From positions 58,193 to 122,192 of the forward strand of contig JBEIQE010000001.1 in NCBI GenBank assembly GCA_040376705.1: a stretch of 64,000 bases of DNA, written 5' to 3'. The notes beneath the pieces were generated by a model. The model saw only the letters and a list, made by a program, of their open reading frames with translations, searched no databases and had not been told where the DNA came from. The DNA comes from Micavibrio sp. (GTDB lineage: Bacteria; Pseudomonadota; Alphaproteobacteria; UBA2400). Each line of letters opens with the position of its first letter. The stretch's first letter is position 1. Of this stretch, positions 1 through 9,300 are shown one piece after another. The position numbers were made by a program, and so were the translations under genes.

Positions 1-4
1 TCCC

Positions 5-724
5 TTAGGCGAGTTTCGCGAGTTTCGAGTAGGCCGTACGCAGGCGGTCGTGCTCGGTTTTCATTAACTGCTGAATGTTCTGGTATTGGCGGTTGATGTC
101 GATCATCGTGGTCATCTCCACAATCGACTGCACATTCGAATCTTCCAGAAAGCCTTGGCGGATAACAACATCCTCAGCTTCGGTCGCGGTCTGGTCAGTC
201 TGATACAAGCCATTGCCCAGCTGGGTCATGAATTGTTCATTCTCGAACTTGTAAATGCCGATCTGGCCAATCTGCACGTTACCGCTTGAGATAATGCCGC
301 TGGGGCCGATGTTGATATCGCGGGCGTTGGCAGGAATGGTAATGGGATTGCCGGTATCATCGAGCACGGGCAGGCCGCCCGCTGCGGTTAGCTGGCGTTC
401 ACTGTCCATGCTGAAGTTGCCACCGCGGGTGTAGCGGGTACCATCCAGCGTATCGAGTGCGAAGTAGCCATTACCTTCAATCGCTACATCAAGCGGATTA
501 CCGGTTTGGGTAATGGGGCCTGCTGAAAGGTCGCGCAGGGTCGCGTAGTCCTGTACCAGACTGTACTTCTCATCCGGCGCGGGGCGGTTGATGTACTCTA
601 TGAATAGCGGTTGCTCGGCCTTGAAGCCGGTGGTGTTCATGTTGGCAACGTTGTTGGCAGAGATATCCATCTGCCGCTGCAAGGTCACCGCCCGTGAAAG
701 GGCAATAAGAGACGTGTTCTCCAT
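5..724 (-). CDS. Flagellar basal-body rod protein FlgF/FlgG family
   Basis: ORF track 5..829 minus. The likely start is the internal Met of MENTSLIALSRAV. An N-terminal rod motif (ANNVANMNTTGFK) and the conserved C-terminal rod domain are present. The stop sits at the window edge, at 2-4. Confidence 0.8.
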   Translation of the reverse strand: MENTSLIALSRAVTLQRQMDISANNVANMNTTGFKAEQPLFIEYINRPAPDEKYSLVQDYATLRDLSAGPITQTGNPLDVAIEGNGYFALDTLDGTRYTRGGNFSMDSERQLTAAGGLPVLDDTGNPITIPANARDINIGPSGIISSGNVQIGQIGIYKFENEQFMTQLGNGLYQTDQTATEAEDVVIRQGFLEDSNVQSIVEMTTMIDINRQYQNIQQLMKTEHDRLRTAYSKLAKLA

Positions 725-922
725 AATAACTCCCAACCTTTCCGCGGTGCCCGTTAAACGTGGTGGGTCTTTCCGCTTGCAAGTAGCTATGCACCTGCCG
801 TGCCAGATTGGAGATGTGTTGTTTTTCAATGGGTTGTGATGGAGGCTTTATCAGGGCGCGGCAGAGTTAGCCGAGCAAATTTGGCAAACGGGATTCTTAT
901 ATATGCTTATTTATGCGCTGCA

Positions 923-934
923 GGGGGGGGGGGG
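923..934. repeat. Homopolymeric G12 tract (C12 on minus strand), flanked by the inverted repeat GCGCTG/CAGCGC
   Basis: This is a direct reading of cagggggggggggggctttt. It lies in the 725-940 intergenic region between the pilin-like gene and flgF. Confidence 0.9.
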
Positions 935-940
935 CTTTTG

Positions 941-1591
941 TCAGCGCGCCATTTGAAAATCGATAGCATTTACCTTGCCCGAGGCACATGTGGAGACAAC
1001 GTCATCAACTGTGTTCCCGGTCCATCCAGATGCATCGGGGGGGACCGTAGTGCTTGATGCTCCGCCTCCATTCAGATAACCGATATTGAAACGCAGTTCG
1101 CTAAACCCAGGGAAAAGGGAGATGTTCCATATTTTGCGCGCTAGCCAGATACAATCCGCCTGATCGAGCGGGCCAAGCAGGTAGTGATAACGGCGCCCTC
1201 CACCAGCGAGACTTTCATAAAGAACAGTGAGATAGCCACTGTCGAGCGGCTTGGCCAGATAGTTGGTATCTTGGTAATACCAGGCAGTTCGAATATCCGC
1301 AGGAATGGTCGAGTGCTGAATGAGACCGACATCACCGAAAATCGGGAGTGTATAGTCACCTTGATATCCCACACCGCTAAAGCTTACATCTCGCGCCAGC
1401 ACTTCCATCTGTTGCTGCGCCCTTATTAATGTTGTGAATAATTCCTGCCGTCTTTGATTGGCGGCAACATTACTCGCCGCAACCCAAATGCCGCCGATAA
1501 CCAGGCCGATAACACCGAGCACAATAGCTGCCTCGACGAGGTTGAAACCCCGCTTGTGCTCTGAGCACTGAATTTTATCAGCAGCTACCAT
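941..1591 (-). CDS. Prepilin-type N-terminal cleavage/methylation domain protein (type IV pilin/pseudopilin-like)
   Basis: The N-terminus KRGFNLVEAAIVLGVIGLVIGGIWVAA matches a class III signal peptide (G|F-x-L-x-E plus a hydrophobic helix). The protein is 216 aa. It overlaps the upstream gene by 7 bp. Confidence 0.55.
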   Translation of the reverse strand: MVAADKIQCSEHKRGFNLVEAAIVLGVIGLVIGGIWVAASNVAANQRRQELFTTLIRAQQQMEVLARDVSFSGVGYQGDYTLPIFGDVGLIQHSTIPADIRTAWYYQDTNYLAKPLDSGYLTVLYESLAGGGRRYHYLLGPLDQADCIWLARKIWNISLFPGFSELRFNIGYLNGGGASSTTVPPDASGWTGNTVDDVVSTCASGKVNAIDFQMAR

Positions 1592-2025
1592 TCAGCAGTT
1601 ATACATCCCGGCAGATTAAAGCTCGGGCCGTTATCGCCCACCCACACATCAACATCACGCCCGATCTGGTAGCTTGTTCCGCTCACAGCGGTAAGCACAT
1701 GCTGTTCTCCGGCGGTACCATATTTAGAGGGGCCAGAGGTGCAGGAGCTGGAGAAATTGGTTTGATCGCCTGTGGTGGTTTGAGTAGTGGTGCATTCCAT
1801 GGGCGGGGCGATGCAGTTTCCGGTCGCCATTATCAGCTTCACTGTTACCTTGTCGCCTTCAACAGCAGTAATGCGAGATCCCCAGCGCACGCCAGCAACA
1901 TCTTCCTGCGCTTGAGCAGAGCTGATTAGCGCTGCGATTAGAATGACTGCACCAAGCAAAGCAGCGCCAAAAGGCCGGCCATAACGCGTTGGCTGGCGTG
2001 AGAGAGGGCAGTCGATGTATTCCAT
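1585..2025 (-). CDS. Hypothetical secreted protein (signal peptide), co-operonic with the pilin-like gene
   Basis: The N-terminus has a hydrophobic stretch, AALLGAVILIAALISSAQAQE, with an AQA cleavage-like site. The mature part is Cys/Thr/Gly-rich. The 3' end overlaps the next gene. Confidence 0.4.
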   Translation of the reverse strand: MEYIDCPLSRQPTRYGRPFGAALLGAVILIAALISSAQAQEDVAGVRWGSRITAVEGDKVTVKLIMATGNCIAPPMECTTTQTTTGDQTNFSSSCTSGPSKYGTAGEQHVLTAVSGTSYQIGRDVDVWVGDNGPSFNLPGCITAEW

Positions 2026-2191
2026 CTCATACGGATACCGCTGCGGCAGTTAAAAAGGCTTTAATGGGTATCCACACTTATTCTTTTCAGCTATCAGGTC
2101 GCTTGTGATGCTGGGTGGCAACAGTGTGTTGTCGCGCAGGCCACAAATGCGTGGTTATTTAAACCTATTTCAGTGTCTTGGCGCGATTAAG

Positions 2192-2206
2192 CTTAAAGGC
2201 GTATTA
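2192..2206 (+). promoter_or_regulatory. CtrA-box-like TTAA-N7-TTAA motif upstream of fliL
   Basis: The sequence cTTAAaggcgtaTTAAc lies about 50 bp upstream of the fliL ATG. CtrA controls class II flagellar genes in alphaproteobacteria. Confidence 0.4.
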
Positions 2207-2257
2207 ACAATTTTAGCCATATGGTTAAAATAGCTCGAAGTATTAACGGAGCAAGAC

Positions 2258-2806
2258 ATGGCCGCCGCGAAGAAAGAAGCCTCAGGAGACGAAGACGCCA
2301 AGCCGGAAGGCGGCGAAGGCGTTGATCTGCCTAAGAAAAAAGTTTCCGGCAAGAAGATGGCTCTTATTATCGTCGCTGTATTGCTGCTGTTGGGCGGTGG
2401 TGCAGGCGGTGCCTATTTCATGGGCATGTTTGGTGGCGCACCCGCTGAAGAGGCCGCCGCTGCAGCCGAGGCCAAAGCTGCTGAAGAGGCTGCTAATGCA
2501 GCGCCTGCTTACTACGAGATGCCCGCTATTGTGGTGAACCTCACCTCCACCGGCCGCCGGCCTGCTTATGTAAAGGTGCGTGTGCAGCTGCTATTGGCCA
2601 AAGAGGAAGAGCGCCCCAAGATTGAAGAGAACCAGCCGCGCATCGTCGACAGCTTCCAGACCTACCTGCGCGAACTGACCATGGAAGAGCTGCAGGGTTC
2701 GGGTGGTTTGCTGCGTTTACGCGAGGAACTACTGGTCAGGGTCAATGCGGCGGTTGCGCCGGCGATTGTTAAAGACGTGTTATTCCAGGAAATTCTGCCA
2801 CAATAA
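2258..2806 (+). CDS. fliL: Flagellar basal body-associated protein FliL
   Basis: A Lys/Glu-rich N-terminus is followed by a single TM (LIIVAVLLLLGGGAGGAYF) and a FliL periplasmic domain (YYEMPAIVVNLTS...VKVRVQL). Its position before fliM supports the call. Confidence 0.85.
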   Translation: MAAAKKEASGDEDAKPEGGEGVDLPKKKVSGKKMALIIVAVLLLLGGGAGGAYFMGMFGGAPAEEAAAAAEAKAAEEAANAAPAYYEMPAIVVNLTSTGRRPAYVKVRVQLLLAKEEERPKIEENQPRIVDSFQTYLRELTMEELQGSGGLLRLREELLVRVNAAVAPAIVKDVLFQEILPQ

Positions 2807-2840
2807 CAATAAGCGGCATAAGGATTGCAGGTAACCAAGT

Positions 2841-3896
2841 ATGAGCGAACCGACTGATGGCATGAGCGAAGAAGAGCGGATGGCAGCGGAATGGGCTGCT
2901 GCTGCCGAAGGGGGTGCCGACGAGGGCGGGACCACCCGTGTGCTTAATCAGGACGAAATCGATTCACTGCTGGGCTTTGATGGCGACAAGAACGAAGGCC
3001 AGTCCGGCATCATGGCGCTCATCAACAGCGCGCTGGTTAACTACGAGCGTCTGCCGATGCTCGAAGTGGTGTTCGACCGCCTGGTGCGCGTCATGTCCAC
3101 CAGCTTACGTAATTTCACGTCAGATAACGTCGATGTCAGCATCGACAGCATTACATCCGTCCGCTTTGGCGATTACCTCAATTCCATTCCGCTGCCCGCC
3201 ATGCTCTCGGTGTTCAAGGCCGAAGAGTGGGATAACTATGGCCTGATGGTGATTGATAGCGCGATGATCTATTCGATCGTCGACGTGCTGCTGGGTGGCC
3301 GCCGCGGTACGGCCGCCATGCGTATTGAGGGGCGCCCGTATACGACCATTGAGCGTAATCTGGTTGAGCGCATGGTGCATGTCATCATGGCTGATCTGTC
3401 GTCTGCTTTCGATCCGCTCTCGCCGGTAACCTTCAGGTTCGACCGCCTCGAGACCAACCCGCGCTTTGCCGCGCTTACCCGCCCGTCTAACGCTGCTGTG
3501 CTGGTGCGCTTGCGTGTGGATATGGAAGACCGCGGTGGGCGCGTTGAAATTGTGCTGCCCTATGCCACGCTCGAGCCAGTGCGCGAATTGCTGCTGCAGA
3601 TGTTCATGGGCGAAAAATTCGGCCGCGACTCCATCTGGGAAACCCATTTGGGTAACGAGCTTTTGGGTACCGATATTGACATTACCGCTGTACTGTCCGA
3701 AACCACAGTTGAGCTGAATGATGTGCTCAACTGGAAGCCGGGTTCGCAGGTCATCTTCAATATGAAGAAGGAAGATTTCGTGCAGCTGCGGTGTGGCGAA
3801 ATTCCGTTGTTCGAGGGCCAGATGGGCCAGTCGGGCGGGCATATCGCCATCAAGGTCGAAAAAGAGGCGCCCAAGATGCGCACGGAGGATGAGTAA
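2841..3896 (+). CDS. fliM: Flagellar motor switch protein FliM
   Basis: The N-terminus carries a CheY-P-binding LSQDEIDSLLG-like motif (VLNQDEIDSLLGF). FliM middle and C-terminal domains are present. Length is 351 aa. Confidence 0.9.
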   Translation: MSEPTDGMSEEERMAAEWAAAAEGGADEGGTTRVLNQDEIDSLLGFDGDKNEGQSGIMALINSALVNYERLPMLEVVFDRLVRVMSTSLRNFTSDNVDVSIDSITSVRFGDYLNSIPLPAMLSVFKAEEWDNYGLMVIDSAMIYSIVDVLLGGRRGTAAMRIEGRPYTTIERNLVERMVHVIMADLSSAFDPLSPVTFRFDRLETNPRFAALTRPSNAAVLVRLRVDMEDRGGRVEIVLPYATLEPVRELLLQMFMGEKFGRDSIWETHLGNELLGTDIDITAVLSETTVELNDVLNWKPGSQVIFNMKKEDFVQLRCGEIPLFEGQMGQSGGHIAIKVEKEAPKMRTEDE

Positions 3897-3898
3897 GC

Positions 3899-4339
3899 GT
3901 GCAGACACTCGGTTTGATACTGGATGGCGTTATGGTCGTCCTGCTGGCGCTGACTATCATCAGCGTATGGGTGCTTGCGGGCCGTCTTAAGTATCTGCGC
4001 GATAGCCGCCGCGAATTCGAGAAAATGATTCAGCAGTTTGACGAAGCCACCAAGCGTGCCGATGTAGGCATCAAGGGGTTGCAGCAAGCCGCCAGCAAAA
4101 CAGGTGAGGGGCTGCAGCAGCAGCTCGACCGTGCACGCAGCCTGCGCGATGAGCTTTCGATCATGATTGAGAGTGCCGATAGCCTGGCCCGCCGCCTTGA
4201 GGCTGCATCATCCAGCGGCAAGCCTGCGCCTGAAACCAGCAAGCCTGCCGATACCGGCCGTGCCGACCCGCGCTCCAAGGCCGAGATGGACCTGCTGCGT
4301 GCCATGACCAGCGGCCCGCGCCGTGAAGGGGGCACCTAA
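3899..4339 (+). CDS. Flagellar-cluster small membrane protein (DUF6468-like), function unknown
   Basis: An N-terminal TM (LILDGVMVVLLALTIISVWVL) is followed by a coiled-coil region. The gene is tightly coupled between fliM and the motE-like gene. Confidence 0.5.
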   Translation: MQTLGLILDGVMVVLLALTIISVWVLAGRLKYLRDSRREFEKMIQQFDEATKRADVGIKGLQQAASKTGEGLQQQLDRARSLRDELSIMIESADSLARRLEAASSSGKPAPETSKPADTGRADPRSKAEMDLLRAMTSGPRREGGT

Positions 4340-5065
4340 ATGACCGCGCTGCCTACCGCACGTTTACTGCCACTGCTCATGATCATGGCTGTGCTCATGC
4401 TGGGCACGCGTGGTTATAGTTTCTGGAACGAGTTGAACTACGGTGGCACCTCACAGGCCTCAGCAGCACAGGCCAGTCCGCCCTCCGAGCCGATGCGCGC
4501 GCCCGCTGCAGCGCCTGCTGCGCCAGCGGTTGAAAAGCCAACTGAAGTACCCGGCAGTACTGTATTAGGCACAGAGGCCGAGCCCGCTGCTCCGCGTGGT
4601 GTGGAGCAGATGCCCGCTGCGCCGCTTGATGAAAACATGCCCGGTGAATACACTCCCGCCGAAGTGCAGGTGCTGCAAAGCCTTGGCACGCGCCGTGCCG
4701 AGCTTGATGCCCGCGCTGCCGAGCTTGACCAGCGCGAAGCCCTGCTTGAAGCCGCGCAACAAAGTGTCAGCGACAAGGTTGGCGAGCTGCAGGCCCTGCG
4801 CACCGAGCTGCAGGAATTATTGCGTACCGTCGATACGCAACAAAATGAGCGTATCTTATCATTAGTCAAAATCTACGAGACGATGAAGCCGCGCGAAGCC
4901 GCTGCCATTCTCGAAACCCTTGAAATTCAAGTCGCTCTCGATGTTTTGGAGAAAATGCGCGAAACCAAGAGCGCTCCGATTCTGGCCTCAATGGACCCAC
5001 AAAAGGCAAGCGCCATCACGGTGGAAATGTCACGCCGGCAGCAGTTACCGGAAATTCCCCAATAG
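4340..5065 (+). CDS. MotE-like flagellar motility protein (MgtE_N-like C-terminal domain)
   Basis: Signal peptide/TM, a Pro/Ala-rich linker, a coiled coil, and a C-terminal MgtE-N-like segment (LSLVKIYETMKPREAAAILETL...LASMDPQKASAI). Confidence 0.5.
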   Translation: MTALPTARLLPLLMIMAVLMLGTRGYSFWNELNYGGTSQASAAQASPPSEPMRAPAAAPAAPAVEKPTEVPGSTVLGTEAEPAAPRGVEQMPAAPLDENMPGEYTPAEVQVLQSLGTRRAELDARAAELDQREALLEAAQQSVSDKVGELQALRTELQELLRTVDTQQNERILSLVKIYETMKPREAAAILETLEIQVALDVLEKMRETKSAPILASMDPQKASAITVEMSRRQQLPEIPQ

Positions 5066-5161
5066 TCTTTGTATTATTAACCTTTTGGCAAACAGCTCCC
5101 TTCATAACTGATATTGCGCCGCGGCAGCTGAATGCCCGGTTCATTCATGAGGAGTGGCCAA

Positions 5162-5563
5162 ATGTCGGTCGACAAGAAAATGCCTGTGCTGGTGGTTGAT
5201 GATTTCCCGACCATGCGCAAGATCATCCGCAACCTGCTCGATCAGCTTGGTTTCAACAACATCAGCGAAGCCGAAGATGGCTCGGATGCTTTGCGCAAGA
5301 TGCGCGATATGAGCAGCCGCGGTCTGTTCGGCCTTGTGATCTCCGACTGGAACATGGAGCCGATGACCGGCCTGCAGCTGCTGAAGGAAGTGCGCGCAGA
5401 TAACGTCCTCAAGGCAACGCCTTTCATCATGATTACTGCCGAAAACAAAACCGAGAACGTGGTAGCTGCCAAGCAGGCGGGCGTGAACAACTACATCGTC
5501 AAGCCGTTCAACGCGGCCACGCTCAAGTCCAAGATCGAAGCGGTCATCGGGCCTATCGGCTAA
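5162..5563 (+). CDS. cheY: Chemotaxis response regulator CheY
   Basis: Single receiver domain with VLVVDDFPTMR, a phospho-acceptor Asp in VISDWNMEPMTG, and NYIVKPF. The start is refined to MSVDKK, which has an aggag RBS. The ORF track start is 5132. Confidence 0.85.
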   Translation: MSVDKKMPVLVVDDFPTMRKIIRNLLDQLGFNNISEAEDGSDALRKMRDMSSRGLFGLVISDWNMEPMTGLQLLKEVRADNVLKATPFIMITAENKTENVVAAKQAGVNNYIVKPFNAATLKSKIEAVIGPIG

Positions 5564-5604
5564 CCAGAACACAAGCTACAGCCTACAAACAGGGGATTAT
5601 TGAT

Positions 5605-6198
5605 ATGACGCAACCCGCGCCCAAGCTCGATGGCAAGTTACTCACTCGCGAGCAGGTCAGTTCGGCCATTACCACACTGGTTGGCAAGGTGAGCAGCCAA
5701 GCCCGCGACAAGGTGGTGGAGGACCTCTACGATCTGGCCGGCCAGATTGATAATCTCTATGCCGAACTGGGCCGTTTGCAGCCGCGTAACCTCAAAGAGG
5801 GCGAGATCAAAACTGCTCATGACGAGCTGTCGGCGGTTATCACGGCCACCTCTGAAGCAACATTTCTTATCATCAGCGAAGCCGAAAAGCTCGAGAAGAT
5901 TGGGAAAGAACTGCCTGAAGCGCAGGCCCAGGCTGTTTCAAGCAGCGTGACCTCCATTTACGAAGCCTGCGGCTTCCAGGATATTACAGGCCAGCGCATC
6001 AAGAAGGTGGTTACCACCTTGCGCACCATTGAAGAGAAGATCGACGCCTTGATCGAAACCCTCGGCGGTGTGCGCCCCGGCAGTGCCGAGGCTAAGGACG
6101 AAGATACCCGCACCGGTGATGCGGCCTTGCTCAATGGGCCGTCGCTTGATGGGCAGGGTATATCGCAAGACGAGATCGACAAGCTGCTTGGGTTCTAA
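5605..6198 (+). CDS. CheZ-like CheY-P phosphatase
   Basis: The C-terminal region FQDITGQRIKKV matches the CheZ catalytic motif DFQDLTGQ. A helical hairpin is predicted. The gene sits directly downstream of cheY. Confidence 0.6.
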   Translation: MTQPAPKLDGKLLTREQVSSAITTLVGKVSSQARDKVVEDLYDLAGQIDNLYAELGRLQPRNLKEGEIKTAHDELSAVITATSEATFLIISEAEKLEKIGKELPEAQAQAVSSSVTSIYEACGFQDITGQRIKKVVTTLRTIEEKIDALIETLGGVRPGSAEAKDEDTRTGDAALLNGPSLDGQGISQDEIDKLLGF

Positions 6199-6318
6199 GC
6201 CTGCAGCCAGCGTCTCAAAAATACCACAGACTCCAATCGCTTAGCGCGTTAACACATCTGTTCGGCAAGGCCGTTTAGGGTTATTCTATCCTCAGGTTTT
6301 ACTTATGGGGATAGCGGC

Positions 6319-9300
6319 ATGCGCCGTACGGGCCAATCGTTACTGCTACGCTCGTCCATCAGCGTGATTGCGCTGATGGCATGGCTGGCGCCTGCAGTTG
6401 CGCTGGCCGATGAAGTTTCACTGCGCGCCGGCGAGCGCGGCAATGGCGTGCGTATGGTGTTCGAGTGGCCGCAGGCGGTGGAGCATTCAGCCCAGCTTTC
6501 CGGCAATCAGCTCAAGCTTACATTTGCGCGCCCGGCTGAGGCCGATGTTGCAAGCCTCACATCGCGCCTTTCTGCATGGGTGAGCGGGGCCAGCCGCTCA
6601 GCCGATGGCCGCGAGATTACCATTACCCTCAAGCAGCCCGCCAAACTGCAAAGTTTTATCTCCGGTACACGTGTGATTGTTGATCTCACGCCCGCTGCCG
6701 CCATCGCCTCAACCTCGCCAACCCCGGGCGCTGATGCACCGGTAGCTATACCCGCTGCTCCCGCTGTGCGTGATGCCGAGGTTCGTATTGGCCGCCATCA
6801 GGGCTTTAATCGCGCGGTGCTCAGGCTGGCGTCGCGCCCCACGATCAACACCAATGGCAACAAGCTTACATTAACCGCGCCCGCCGCCCGCCGCCTGACC
6901 GCCCGCCAGCTAGAGCAGTTAAAATTACCGCAGGTGGAAGATGTAAAGCAGGCTGTTGCAAACGACAGGCTAACACTGACCTTCACCCTCAAGCCGGGGG
7001 TGCATACAGATAGCTTCCGTGTGCCCTCAGGTATCGGAATTAACTTCAACGACGCGCCAGCTGCCGCAGCAGCGCGCCCTGCCGACCGTGCACCAGCACC
7101 GGTAGCGGCCCCCGCACGCAGACCGGTTGAAACAGCCCCGATTACTGCCGAAGCTAAACCACCAGTAACAGAAACCGCCGAAACGCCTGCGCCTGCGCCT
7201 GTAGCACCTGCAACTGCAGCCCCTGCGCCAGTTGCTGCGGCAACGCCCCCAGTTACAACGCCGCCTGCAGTTGTGCCGCCGGCCGGCACTGTAACAACAC
7301 CAGCTGTAAGCATTCCCGCCTCAACCGATGGGGAAGAGTCTGTAGCCACGGTGGTTGCCAGCACGCCAGCTGAAGAGGCAGCACCACCTGCACCTGTGAT
7401 GCCTATGGATGCACCCTTACCGCCGCTTGAGATGACCGTAGGCAAGGATACGCCGCTGGCCGTGTTCCAGCGCGGTGATGCTTTGTATGTGGTGGTGAAT
7501 GAGAAGAACACCCCGCGTGAGCTGATCCCGCTGGTCGGTAGTGCCATGGCCTCATCTCCGCGTGTTGAGCTACTTGCTGGTGAGGGAGGGCGTATTATCC
7601 GTATCGACCTCACCGATAAAAAAGTATTCCCCAGCATCAGCGCAACACCAACCGGCTGGAAGATTACTTTTGGCGAAGCTGCCGTAACGACTGCTGCGCT
7701 GGCCATTAAAGAAGATCCAGACTATTCGCTTGGGCCACGCCTGTTTGTAACGACAGGTAATCCCGCCAGCCCTGTGCTGTTCGCTGACCCCGTTGTAGGG
7801 GATACGCTGGCTGTTATTCCGGTACCTGCAGCCGCTACTGGTGTGGTGAGCCGTATTCGCACGGTGCAGTCTGAGCTGCTGCCGAGCTATCAGGGCCTTG
7901 TGATCAAGTCATGGACCGAGGACCTCAATGTCATTAGCACGGCTGAGGGGATCGAGATCAGTGCTCGTAGCGGTTTCAAACTGGCCGAGCGCTTGCTGGG
8001 CGAGGTTGACCCGGTGGTACCGCTTTCAACGCCCACCCCCACAAATGACTCAGGCATCAACACCAGCGCATCGCCCTATATGCCGCCGTCGTTTAACTTT
8101 GAGGCCATGGGCCAGCCTGAAATCGGCAAGTTCACGCCAGAGCGTGAGCGCTTGCAAAACGAAATCATCAAGGCAGGGGCAGGCGAAAAGCGCCGCGCAT
8201 GGCTTGATCTGGCCAATCATTTCTTCATGTATGGCATGCCGACCGAGGCGGCTGCCATCTGGCAGGACCAAGCCAAGGATAATGCTGATCTGGCTAGCAG
8301 GCCCGAGTTTGCGCTCATTCGCGCGATTGCGGCCTTCTCATCTGGCACGCTTGATAACGTGAAGGCTGCGCTTACCGCGGTAAACCAGCCGACCACCGAC
8401 AGCTCGCTCTGGCATGGCATGCTCGCCGCTAAGGAGAGCGATTGGGTGGCTGCAGCCGAGCGCTTCCGCCCAGCGCTCAACCGCATCTGGGAATATCCCG
8501 AGCCGTATCTCAGCCGTTTGGCGATAGCCGCGATTGATACCTCGCTGCAGACGCAGGATTATGCACAGGCCGAAATGTTGCTGGGCAAACTGAATGACCG
8601 CTACCGCATGGAAGAGCGCAAGCCCACGCCCGCAGTTGAGTACCTGACCGGTGCGCTTGACTTTGGCCGTAACCGTACCGATGAGGCCCGCGCGCATCTT
8701 GGCAGTGCGGCGCAAAGCTGGGACCAGCTGTGGCGTGCCCGGGCCGAGCTGATGCTGATTGATGCCGATATTAAGGACAACCGCAGCCGTCCGGCAGATC
8801 TGGCACAGCGGCTTGAGCGCCTGCGCTTTGCCTGGCGCGGGGATGGGCTTGAGTTCGAGGTGCTGCATCGCCTCGCCAAACAGCATATTGCAGCTGGCGA
8901 TTTTGCCGCCGCGTTTGAAGACTATGCGCAAATGGCCACCAAGTATCCGGCCCTTGCGACTAAAGCGAATGTCGATGCCGAGCAGAAGGCTGCCTTTGTG
9001 CGCATCTTCCAGGGTGAAGACCGCGACCGTACGCCATCTTACAGCCAGCTCGCCATCTGGGACCGTTACCCTGAGTTCCGCCCCACGCAGCCAAGCGTGC
9101 TTGATGATATCAACCTTTATCTGGCAGAGCGTGTTGCGGGCATCGACCTGCTCGACAGGGCTGCCGGTTTTTATAACGATGTGCTCAAGAGCACTACCGA
9201 TGCTGCCGCCCGTGCAGCTTTGGGCACCAAGATCTCTGGTCTTTATCTGCTGGATCACAAATATACCGAAGCGATTGAAGCGCTCGATGTGACCGAGCCC

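Noticed and set aside
800-1057. Plus-strand ORF spanning the G12 tract (translating to a poly-Gly run)
   Set aside because: It lies in an intergenic region or antisense to the pilin-like gene 3' end. It has no RBS and an implausible poly-Gly product. The homopolymer is better explained as a regulatory or terminator element.
3120-3908. 262-aa minus-strand ORF antisense to fliM
   Set aside because: It is entirely embedded in a strongly supported FliM coding region. This is a high-GC antisense frame artefact.
6798-9258. Long minus-strand ORFs (302 and 306 aa) inside the giant TPR gene
   Set aside because: They are antisense to a continuous 1182-aa ORF with signal peptide and coherent TPR structure. 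The Ala/Gly-rich translations are typical of GC-rich antisense frames.
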